Source: Candidatus Krumholzibacteriota bacterium (GTDB lineage Bacteria > Krumholzibacteriota > Krumholzibacteriia > JAJRXK01). Taken from it: DNA of 64,000 nt. The stretch is taken from the NCBI GenBank assembly GCA_029262065.1, contig JAJDAC010000044.1:66827-130826 (forward strand), in the 5' to 3' direction. Made by a program: the position numbers and the translations under genes. This document shows, one piece after another, positions 9,625-17,725 of this stretch (position 1 is its first letter; each line of letters begins with the position of its first letter). Under the pieces are notes generated by a model. The model saw only the letters and a program-made list of their open reading frames with translations, ran no database searches and was not told where the DNA came from.

Positions 9625-9700
9625 TGTGGATAACTTATTGAATCTAAATGATTTATAGGTCTACATCGCTGCCATTTTGAGGTACAGTGATCTTCGTACT
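9625..9700. promoter_or_regulatory. AT-rich island (locally ~65-70% AT) immediately upstream of the DUF222-HNH gene; putative promoter/UP region or insertion scar
   Basis: ggataacttattgaatctaaatgatttataggtctacatcgctgccattttgaggtacag in an otherwise ~67% GC sequence. Contains TTGAAT and TATAGG hexamers, with suboptimal spacing. Confidence 0.3.
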
Positions 9701-9733
9701 CACGATCCCTGGCCTCCCAGCTAGGACCATCCC

Positions 9734-10969
9734 ATGGACATCGTCGCGTCCCACCGTGCCGCTCGCGCGGCTCACCAGCAATTGATCACCGCGCTTCGCG
9801 AACTGGAAAACGCCGAGCAAAACGCCGTGCTCAGCTTCGCTGAAATTCTGCACGAACAACACTTCCGCCCCTTGGGCTTCGCCTCCATCTGGCACTACGG
9901 CATCGAGGGCTTGGGCTTCTCGAAGTCGAAGACTGCCCAATTCGTCCGTCTCGCCAAGGACGTGAAGCGCCTGCCGTCGTTGGAGCGAGCGCTGACCGAG
10001 AACGAGATCGATTGGACCAAAGCGCGTGAGATCGGCAAGGTCGCCACGGTCGACAGCCAAGATCAATGGATCGCGCGCGCCAAGACGAAGAGTCGGCGCG
10101 AACTGGAAGCTGATGTGCGCAAAGCGCGTAAGCAAGCGCTTTCATCGCCCGTGGCAGCACCGTCAACCGGGTTGCCTTCGTCAGCCGGGTTGCCTTCGTC
10201 AGCCAATCTATCTTCGCCAGCCGCACCAGTCGAGTTGCCGTCGCCCGTCGCGCCAGCCGTGCAAGCCAGCTTCATCGCCTCCGACCAGCTTCCCCAGGCA
10301 GACACGGTTCTGCGCGTCAGTTTCGAACTCACGGCGCTGGAGTTGGCCACGCTCGAGAAGCTCATGGAAAAAGCACAACGCGCGACAGCCAAGCGCAATC
10401 GATCACGGGCCGCCTTGTTGCTATCGGCCTTCGACGCATTGGTTCGGGGAACTCACGACGCCACCGCTGTTCAGGAAACGAACAAACCGGCAGCCGAGTG
10501 TACCCGGGTACACTCCACGCCAGCCCTTGGGCCCGCGTCACCCGCTACCGCGGCTCGGCCTGTCTCGTCGGCGCCACCCGTGCAGGTGGTTGTTCACCGC
10601 TGTGACTCATGCAATCAAGTCAGCGTACCCACCGACCGTGGTGACCTCCCACTCTCGGCCGCCGAAGCCAGCGCGGCTACGTGCGACGCCGTGGAGTTCC
10701 ACGCCACGAAACCAAGCCGCTCACGTATTCCAAGGAAGATCAGAAAACGGGTGCTCGCGCGCGACGGGCAGCGGTGCCGCGTGTGCCGCTCAACACGTTT
10801 CGTCGATGTGCATCACCGCCACAAGGAAGCCGACGGAGGCCCCCACACAGTGGAAAACTGCATGTCGCTGTGCCGGGCGTGTCATGTGAACACGCATCGC
10901 GAGGAGGAACTCCTGGAGCGAGGCGTTGCGCTGGAACGTGAGGTCATGAGCAACGTGGGCGCTGACTGA
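9734..10969 (+). CDS. DUF222-domain HNH endonuclease (REP13E12-family-like)
   Basis: N-terminal DUF222-like helical region. Low-complexity GLPSSAGLPSSANLSSPAAPVELPSPVAP linker. C-terminal HNH nuclease: CRVCRSTRFVDVHHRHKEADGGPHTVENCMSLCRACHVNTHR. Confidence 0.8.
   Translation: MDIVASHRAARAAHQQLITALRELENAEQNAVLSFAEILHEQHFRPLGFASIWHYGIEGLGFSKSKTAQFVRLAKDVKRLPSLERALTENEIDWTKAREIGKVATVDSQDQWIARAKTKSRRELEADVRKARKQALSSPVAAPSTGLPSSAGLPSSANLSSPAAPVELPSPVAPAVQASFIASDQLPQADTVLRVSFELTALELATLEKLMEKAQRATAKRNRSRAALLLSAFDALVRGTHDATAVQETNKPAAECTRVHSTPALGPASPATAARPVSSAPPVQVVVHRCDSCNQVSVPTDRGDLPLSAAEASAATCDAVEFHATKPSRSRIPRKIRKRVLARDGQRCRVCRSTRFVDVHHRHKEADGGPHTVENCMSLCRACHVNTHREEELLERGVALEREVMSNVGAD
10496..10515. 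repeat. perfect 20-bp palindrome GAGTGTACCCGGGTACACTC (copy 1, inside the HNH gene)
   Basis: Exactly self-complementary. A second copy, GAGTATACCCGGGTACACTA (18/20), lies at 59346..59365. Confidence 0.8.
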
Positions 10970-10989
10970 AACCGCTCAGCAAAGCGAAC

Positions 10990-11391
10990 TCAACGACGGG
11001 GTTGCCGGCCGAACTGGAAATAGAACATGAACAGGAGGCCACCGAACGTCGCCGGCAACATCAGATACATCTGACGCGGGCTCACGGCCTGGCCCGATTG
11101 AATGGCGTGCCAGACCACACCGCGGTCCAGGATATACACCGCCAGCATGCCGGCCAGCATGAGCACGAACATGAGAATCTGTATGGCGCGATAGGGCGAC
11201 AGTCGATCGCGCCGACTCCACAGCCAGAAGCCAATCGCGTTGCTCAGCCCGAAGATGCCCAAGACGAGTGCGGCGGTCGCTACGCTAAGCGGGAACGTGA
11301 GTGCGCCAGCCACGAACATCCAACAGCTGCCGCCAAGTTGGCCGCCCAGCCACCCGCCCCTGTTCCACTGCATCTGCGGTGTCGTATCCAT
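10990..11391 (-). CDS. small hypothetical integral membrane protein (about 4 TM)
   Basis: 133-aa ORF with four hydrophobic segments (WMFVAGALTFPLSVATAALVLGIFGL, ILMFVLMLAGMLAVYIL, LMLPATFGGLLFMFYF). No recognisable family. Confidence 0.45.
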   Translation of the reverse strand: MDTTPQMQWNRGGWLGGQLGGSCWMFVAGALTFPLSVATAALVLGIFGLSNAIGFWLWSRRDRLSPYRAIQILMFVLMLAGMLAVYILDRGVVWHAIQSGQAVSPRQMYLMLPATFGGLLFMFYFQFGRQPRR

Positions 11392-11629
11392 GTGTCCTCC
11401 AGCGATTCCGACTTACTCCTGGCCCCCCTCGTCTTTGCATGGATCGGGCCGGGCGGATCACCGGGGTTGATGGTGTAAATCCCGCGAAATAAAGTACTGT
11501 TCGAGACGAATTCTGTCCGGAAATGGTCTTATTCTGGATGTAGCACCGTCCAGAGCGGCTAGACTCATAGCAGCGACCGAAGTAAGGAGGCTGACGCTGA
11601 GTTCATCACGGCACCAGAAAACAGCTCAA

Positions 11630-14260
11630 TTGTTCGCGGAGTTGCTCGATCTTTCGCCTGACCGTCGCGCCCGACGACTTGCCGAAATCTGCGCTGAAGA
11701 CGCCTCGACCGGCGACGAGCTGCGTTCCCTTCTGGGCGCCCATGGCGAGGCCGGCCAGTTTCTCGAGCCCGGCCGAGACGCATCCGTCGATCCGTTCATC
11801 GGACAGCAGATTGATCGCTACCGCGTGGTTCGACTGCTAGGCAAGGGCGGCATGGCCGAGGTCTACCTGGCTGAGCGGGCCGATGCCACCTTCGACAAAC
11901 AAGTCGCTCTGAAGCGAATCCAACCGGGGCTCAACAACGCCTCCGTCGTCTCTCGCTTCCACGCCGAGCGCCAGGCGCTGGCCAACCTGGAACATCCCAA
12001 CATCGCTCGCCTGATCGACGGCGGGTCGGCCGAAGATGGTCGGCCGTTCCTGGTCATGGAGTACGTCGACGGCAGCCGCCTCGACGAACATTGCGACGAC
12101 AAGCAGGCCTCGATCGAAGACCGCCTACGGCTGTTTCTGGACGTGTGCGGAGCCGTGCACTTTGCGCATCAGAACCTCATCGTCCACCGCGACCTGAAAC
12201 CCGCCAACGTGTTCGTCAACGACCAGGGCGTGGTCAAGTTGCTGGACTTCGGTATCGCCAAGTTTCTCGATGCCGATTCCGCCGGCGCCGCCATCGACGC
12301 CACGGCCACGCAACACCGCGTATACACCCCGGCCTACGCCAGTCCCGAGCAAGTGCGCGGTCAACCCATCTCCACGGCCACCGACGTGTACGCGCTGGGT
12401 GTGATTCTGTTCGAGTTGCTCACCGGTCACCGCCCGTACCGCATCAGCCCAACCGCCACGTTCGCCGAGATCAGTCAGGCCATCTGCGACCAACCGCCCG
12501 AGCACCCCAGCCAGGTGCTCACAACGGGCGAGAGCGGCGCCGATACGGCCGATCGAATTGCCAAACTGCGCTCGGTCAGCGCGGCGCAACTGCGCCGCAA
12601 CCTATCCGGCGACCTGGCCATCATCGTTCTCAAGGCACTGCGTAAGGAGAAGGAGCGACGCTACGATTCGGTCGAGGCGATGGCTGAAGACATCCGGCGC
12701 TTCCTGTCTGGCCACCCGGTACTGGCCCGTCCCGATTCAGCCCGCTACCGCGTGGGCAAGTTCGTCCGGCGAAACAAAGCGCTGGTAGCCATGGCGTCGG
12801 TCGCCGCGGTGGTGCTGATCGCCAGCTCGATCGTGAGCAGTGGTCTTTTCGTGCGCGCCGAACGCGCGCGCGCGGCGGAACAGGAGCAACGTCAACAAGC
12901 CGAGCTCAGCAGCGACTTTCTTGAGTCGTTGTTGGGCAACATCAATCCCGACGTGGCCCTCGGACGGGACACCGAGCTCCTGGGCGAAATCCTGAAAGAC
13001 GCCTCGGCGCGCATCGACGATGAACTGGAATCATCGCCACTCATTGCCGCTCGCATGCACGTCGTCATCGGTTCGGCCTACAATTCCATTGGTGAATACG
13101 AGCGGGCCGAGACCCACCTGAACCAGGTAGCCGCGATGCATGCGTCGCAGGGAGATGCGCCGCCGCTCGACGTGGCCGAGCGCTTGGCGGCCCAGGCCAA
13201 TCTGGCGAGCAACGTCGGCAAGAATGATGAGTGCCTCGAATTCGCCAGCCAGGCGATTGAACACTACGAGCAAGAAGGCCAGGGGCGATCACCTTCGGCC
13301 GCTTCCGTGCTTCTCCTCGTAGCGAGAGCCCAGGCAAACCTGGGCAACTACGACGAGGCCATCGCGACACTGGAGGGCATGCTGCCGTGGCTGGAAGCAT
13401 CTCCCGATCTTCAGTCACAACTGGGTGAGTGCCTCAGTAGACTCGGACGTACCTACGCCATCGAAATGCGGTCGGCAGAATCCATCAACACGCTCGAACG
13501 CGCCATCGCGCAGGCCCGCAGTGTTCACGGCGATGAGCATCGACTGGTGGGAACCGCCTACCTCAATCTGGGATGGGCACAGTATCGCAGCGGGCAACCC
13601 GAGGCCGCCGAAGCCAATTTCAGGGAATCGCTACGCATCTGTCGCAAGGTCCTCCCCGCCGACCACCCTGACATCGCCACCTCGATCAATCAACTGGCGG
13701 GCGCGCTGGAGGAACAGGGCAAGCACGAGGAAACCGAAGCACACTTTCTGGATGCGATCGACCGCTTCAAGGCGTCCTACGGCGACAAGCACCCCGACGT
13801 CGGCACGGCCTACAACAACCTGGGCGCGCTCTACGTGAAGATGAAACGGTACGATGAAGCCAGCGCAAACCTGCAGCGTGCGGCCGATACCTACGGGGCG
13901 GTTCTGGGCGAAGACCACGTGTACGTGGGGATCGTGCTGCAGAACCTGGTCGGCGTGTACGACGATCAAGACCGACTATCAGAGGCCCGCGATAGCATCG
14001 AACTTTCCCGCCGAATACTGTCCGAGAGCTTCGGTGAAGACGACATCCGCACGCAGTACATGCATGCGGCCCACGCCATGATTACCGCCAGCGAGGGAAA
14101 ATTCGAGGAAGCCGAACCCGTCCTGCTGGCCGCCGAAAAGGCATTGGCGGAGGCCAAGAATCGCAGGCTGGGTCGATCTCGCCGCTTCCTGGCCCGCTTC
14201 TACGACATGTGGGGCCGGTCCCAGGAAGCGAAACAATGGCGCGATCGAATCGATGAATAG
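11630..14260 (+). CDS. serine/threonine protein kinase with a C-terminal TPR-repeat array
   Basis: Hanks kinase motifs LGKGGMAEVY, ALK, HRDLKPANVF, DFGIAK, SPEQ, followed by a TM segment and multiple TPR-like repeats. TTG start at 11630 after GGAGG (11586-11590); exact start uncertain. Paralog at 56275. Confidence 0.85.
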   Translation: MFAELLDLSPDRRARRLAEICAEDASTGDELRSLLGAHGEAGQFLEPGRDASVDPFIGQQIDRYRVVRLLGKGGMAEVYLAERADATFDKQVALKRIQPGLNNASVVSRFHAERQALANLEHPNIARLIDGGSAEDGRPFLVMEYVDGSRLDEHCDDKQASIEDRLRLFLDVCGAVHFAHQNLIVHRDLKPANVFVNDQGVVKLLDFGIAKFLDADSAGAAIDATATQHRVYTPAYASPEQVRGQPISTATDVYALGVILFELLTGHRPYRISPTATFAEISQAICDQPPEHPSQVLTTGESGADTADRIAKLRSVSAAQLRRNLSGDLAIIVLKALRKEKERRYDSVEAMAEDIRRFLSGHPVLARPDSARYRVGKFVRRNKALVAMASVAAVVLIASSIVSSGLFVRAERARAAEQEQRQQAELSSDFLESLLGNINPDVALGRDTELLGEILKDASARIDDELESSPLIAARMHVVIGSAYNSIGEYERAETHLNQVAAMHASQGDAPPLDVAERLAAQANLASNVGKNDECLEFASQAIEHYEQEGQGRSPSAASVLLLVARAQANLGNYDEAIATLEGMLPWLEASPDLQSQLGECLSRLGRTYAIEMRSAESINTLERAIAQARSVHGDEHRLVGTAYLNLGWAQYRSGQPEAAEANFRESLRICRKVLPADHPDIATSINQLAGALEEQGKHEETEAHFLDAIDRFKASYGDKHPDVGTAYNNLGALYVKMKRYDEASANLQRAADTYGAVLGEDHVYVGIVLQNLVGVYDDQDRLSEARDSIELSRRILSESFGEDDIRTQYMHAAHAMITASEGKFEEAEPVLLAAEKALAEAKNRRLGRSRRFLARFYDMWGRSQEAKQWRDRIDE

Positions 14261-14334
14261 ATGCACGGATTCTCGGGCGACCCCCACCTTTCCTCGGCAG
14301 AGGACCCACCCATGAACAGAGAGGTTCAACAACG

Positions 14335-14979
14335 ATGAAATTGGCTATCTTCACCTCGATTGTCGCATCGGCTCTACTGGCCGCCGCCTTGAACGCCCAC
14401 GCGGGCGATAGCGTGGTGTTCGAGCGCTTTCTGGACGCCGAGCAGTCGGGGCGCTACAGCAACACCAACCCCGATGGCACCACCACGCCGCAGCAGGTAG
14501 CCAATCGGTTGCGCGTTCCCGACGCCGCGTCGGTTACCCAGGTGCGCTGGAACGGTTCGTTCTTCACAGCACCCACCCTCGTAAGGCCGTTTCGTGTGCG
14601 ATTCTTCGATGGAGAAAACCTTCCGAACCAGATGCTCGCCGAGTACACGGTAGACCCCACTCTGACCTCCACGGGCGAGTTCACGACTGGTAGAGAAGTC
14701 TTCGAGTTCGCGGCCGTACTCGACACACCCTTCCTGCTGCAGGGCGGCGAGCGCTACTGGATCAGCATCGTGGCTGAGCACGGTTGGTTCCTATGGTCAC
14801 GATCCCAGTTGTTTGGCGGCGTCGTTTCGATTCGCGCCGGCGACGGTGGAATCTGGGGTGGCGGCGACTCCTTCCCCAACGACCGCGATTGTGCGTTCGC
14901 TCTGATCGGGCAATTCAGCGCGGTGGCCGCCGAGCGCACCAGCGTGGGCCAGGTGAAGGCGCGCTACCAAGACCGTTAG
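14335..14979 (+). CDS. secreted hypothetical protein ending in a conserved ...SVGQVKARY tail
   Basis: Signal peptide MKLAIFTSIVASALLAAALNAHA. GAGAGG SD. 214 aa. C-terminal tail shared with the proteins ending at 37448 (minus) and 41279. Confidence 0.6.
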   Translation: MKLAIFTSIVASALLAAALNAHAGDSVVFERFLDAEQSGRYSNTNPDGTTTPQQVANRLRVPDAASVTQVRWNGSFFTAPTLVRPFRVRFFDGENLPNQMLAEYTVDPTLTSTGEFTTGREVFEFAAVLDTPFLLQGGERYWISIVAEHGWFLWSRSQLFGGVVSIRAGDGGIWGGGDSFPNDRDCAFALIGQFSAVAAERTSVGQVKARYQDR

Positions 14980-15130
14980 AAAAACTCGCGCCCGCGCTGC
15001 GACCAGCTCGGGCAGTCAACTCAGCGAGGACGGGTCCACTTCGGCCCCGTACCTCGCCGTAAGTTGACGGCACGAACCAGCTTCTGCCGGCACGGGAAAC
15101 TCCAACTCGTCGGCGGCGACCCCGGCGCAG

Positions 15131-17515
15131 TCACTTCAAGAGAGCAATCTTTCGCCGCTCGCTGACCCCGGGAGCTTCCAGCCCCACGAAGTACGCGCCC
15201 GACGCAACGGGTCTTCCGGCGTCATCGCGACCATCCCACACCACGCGTTGCACGCCTTCCATGAACGCTTCGTTTGCAAGCTGGCGAACGCGACGCCCGA
15301 GTAGATCAAAGACATCCAGCCTCGCGGTTCCTGCTACGGACATGCGAAATACGATGCTGGTGCTGGGATTGAACGGATTGGGATAGTTCCACAACATCGC
15401 TTTGGCCGGCACCGGGTCGGTCGCCACGGGTCCGCCCAGAAGCAAAACCGTAGCGGAGGCATTGGTCGCGGACCCGCCGATGAAATCCACCACCGCCATG
15501 TCCAACGTGAACCCCGACAGCGAGCTGGGCTGTACCCGCTTGGCCGCGAAAAGGTTGACCGCGACCAGATTCGCCGCGGCCGGGAAGGTCGCAGCGGGAA
15601 ACGTCACTGGTTGCGGAACCACGTGGACGATTACCTCGATACTGCCTCCGGCCGGGACCGCGGGCGTAACCCCGGTGAGGGTCGGCAGACCCTCCAATTC
15701 CACGAACAACAACCCCGATGAGTGGAACAGATCGGCCCGGGCCGTGTCGTAGTGGTTGAACGCATTGAGCTCGACCTGGTATTGCGCGTCGGCCAGGCCC
15801 ATGTTGGTGATGACGTATCTGGCCGGAGCAAAACCATTGTACGGAGTTTCCGAAGATGCTGGTTCCGGCAACACCGCCGTCTGCCGTTGGTCGGTAGGAC
15901 TCACGGCCACTGCGTTCACGCACCCGTAGTCCACGTCCACCGTGTGCCCGTCGATCTTCAGGATGACCTTGTAGATGGCGGTGAACCCTTCGGGGGCCGT
16001 GGGCGGGCAGGTTATCGTGAAATCTTCCCAGAACTTCCCGTTCGCCATGACCGTCACCGTTTGCGGCGTGGAGTCAACGTTGTCCAGGTCGCCGTTGTCG
16101 GTGCCACCGATCGGCGTGTTGGCTCCCAAACCGGTGCGACCGTTCTGAACGATGAAGGTAACCGGCTTGTCCGTGGGATCGACCGTACCGTGCACCTTGA
16201 TGGTTCGCGTCTCGCCGGGTTGGCAGGTCCAACTGTTCACCCACACGCTGCCCTTGTATTGCGGGTCGCCCCGCATGGGTCCGGGATCTTTGGGCCGGTA
16301 CGGCGTGTCTCCCCAGTACACGGTGGGATTCTGGGTATCCACCCAGTCCCAGGCCTCATCCCAGTCGACGCCGTTGGGTGGCTGATTCTTGTCGGCTGAA
16401 TCGTTGTCCCAGCAATCGGAGAACGCACCCGAGAACACACTCCGGTTGCCAATGAACGTTCGGCCACCGCCGGTCTGGGGCAGATCGTAGAAACCACCGC
16501 CCCACCCCACCGTGCATTCATCGGTGGAGCTGATGATGGTTGCGCCCTTGAGCGTCTCGGAGAGCCCGTCAATCAGGCTGCCCGAGTGACACGCCTGAAC
16601 AATCACGCACAACTTGGCGTTCTTGGTAGCCAAGGGCGCCAGAGCCGCCTTCAGTTCGGCCTCGGTAATCTCCTTCTCGGCGTCATTGGCGCCCTGTCCG
16701 AAGAACTTGTTGGGCAGCCCGTGCCCGCCCAGGAACACGAAGATCTTGTCGCACTCGGGCGTGATAGCACATACCTGGGTGACCAGGGCCGTCAAATCAC
16801 TGAGCTTTCCGCCCTTCTTCTTCTTGATGCGAGTGGCTCCCATACCGCGGGCAGCCATCTGTCCCTCGAAGCGGTCGAGGTCATCATTGAATGTGTTGTC
16901 ATTCGATCCAGTGAAGAGCAGAGCGCAGGGATCGCCCTTGAATGCGGTTACCTTGGGAACCGCCACGCGCGGTTCGGACTTGGCCATGGGTGTAACGGTT
17001 TCGGCAATACCGCGCACCAGACCGTCGCTGTTGGTGGGATCGGCCGGCGAGTCGCTGCGGCGGTTTATGAAATATTCCGTCGCGAGCCCACCGATGTTGA
17101 TTTCGAGCCACCAACTCTCGTCGGTCACCGCCGCCGTGGCCGTGGCAAACGGTTGGTTGGCGTCGATGATGGCGAACCGCACGAAGTGGGACCAAAGAGC
17201 AATGGGATCGTCGTCGATCAGGAACACGTACGACTCGTCGGCCGTGTGCACCGCCGTGGTTTGCAGCGGATGATTCTCGAACGCCGGCTCCACGGTCGAA
17301 CCCAGCGGCAACCGTCCTTCGAAACCGGGGCCGGCGCCGAAGTCGACGAACGGGCTCCACACGGGCGTGTCGGGCGCGAGAGTGACCTCCCGCTCGAGCA
17401 CGGCCACCGCCTCGGCGCGGGTCAGCTGGGCGACGGATGAAGAGGGAAGCAGTAGGAGAAGAGCCACGGCCAGAACGGCGCGGGTGGCAATTGGTCGCGG
17501 CGGGGGAAGATGCAT
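15131..17515 (-). CDS. clan-CD cysteine peptidase (legumain C13 / gingipain-caspase-like) with a Por/T9SS-type CTD
   Basis: Signal peptide. His-Gly and Cys catalytic dyad context KIFVFLGGHG ... KLCVIVQACHSGSLIDG (compare legumain EACESGS, caspase QACRG). C-terminal NYPNPFNPSTSIVFRM...LDVFDLLGRRVRQL...VVWDGRDDAGRPVASGAYFV...KIALLK. Confidence 0.75.
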   Translation of the reverse strand: MHLPPPRPIATRAVLAVALLLLLPSSSVAQLTRAEAVAVLEREVTLAPDTPVWSPFVDFGAGPGFEGRLPLGSTVEPAFENHPLQTTAVHTADESYVFLIDDDPIALWSHFVRFAIIDANQPFATATAAVTDESWWLEINIGGLATEYFINRRSDSPADPTNSDGLVRGIAETVTPMAKSEPRVAVPKVTAFKGDPCALLFTGSNDNTFNDDLDRFEGQMAARGMGATRIKKKKGGKLSDLTALVTQVCAITPECDKIFVFLGGHGLPNKFFGQGANDAEKEITEAELKAALAPLATKNAKLCVIVQACHSGSLIDGLSETLKGATIISSTDECTVGWGGGFYDLPQTGGGRTFIGNRSVFSGAFSDCWDNDSADKNQPPNGVDWDEAWDWVDTQNPTVYWGDTPYRPKDPGPMRGDPQYKGSVWVNSWTCQPGETRTIKVHGTVDPTDKPVTFIVQNGRTGLGANTPIGGTDNGDLDNVDSTPQTVTVMANGKFWEDFTITCPPTAPEGFTAIYKVILKIDGHTVDVDYGCVNAVAVSPTDQRQTAVLPEPASSETPYNGFAPARYVITNMGLADAQYQVELNAFNHYDTARADLFHSSGLLFVELEGLPTLTGVTPAVPAGGSIEVIVHVVPQPVTFPAATFPAAANLVAVNLFAAKRVQPSSLSGFTLDMAVVDFIGGSATNASATVLLLGGPVATDPVPAKAMLWNYPNPFNPSTSIVFRMSVAGTARLDVFDLLGRRVRQLANEAFMEGVQRVVWDGRDDAGRPVASGAYFVGLEAPGVSERRKIALLK

Positions 17516-17725
17516 GAAATCCTCCTCGGACAGGACGGGTGGGCAAGATTATTGCCTAATGGTAACACCCATTCCCCCCAGAGTGGGACGGATCGTGCAT
17601 ATCATGGCTCCGGCCCCGGCGGAGCGATAGTGTGATGCGATCGAAACAGTAGGTAGCACGGGGTACGCCGCATCCTAGACTGGGGGTGCAGCCATGGGTT
17701 CCACGGTGAACGACAGGAGTCGGTT

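Noticed and set aside
10026-10889. 287-aa plus-strand ORF in an alternative frame of the HNH gene
   Set aside because: The Pro/Arg/Ser-rich translation has no domain. The in-frame DUF222-HNH reading carries the nuclease motif.
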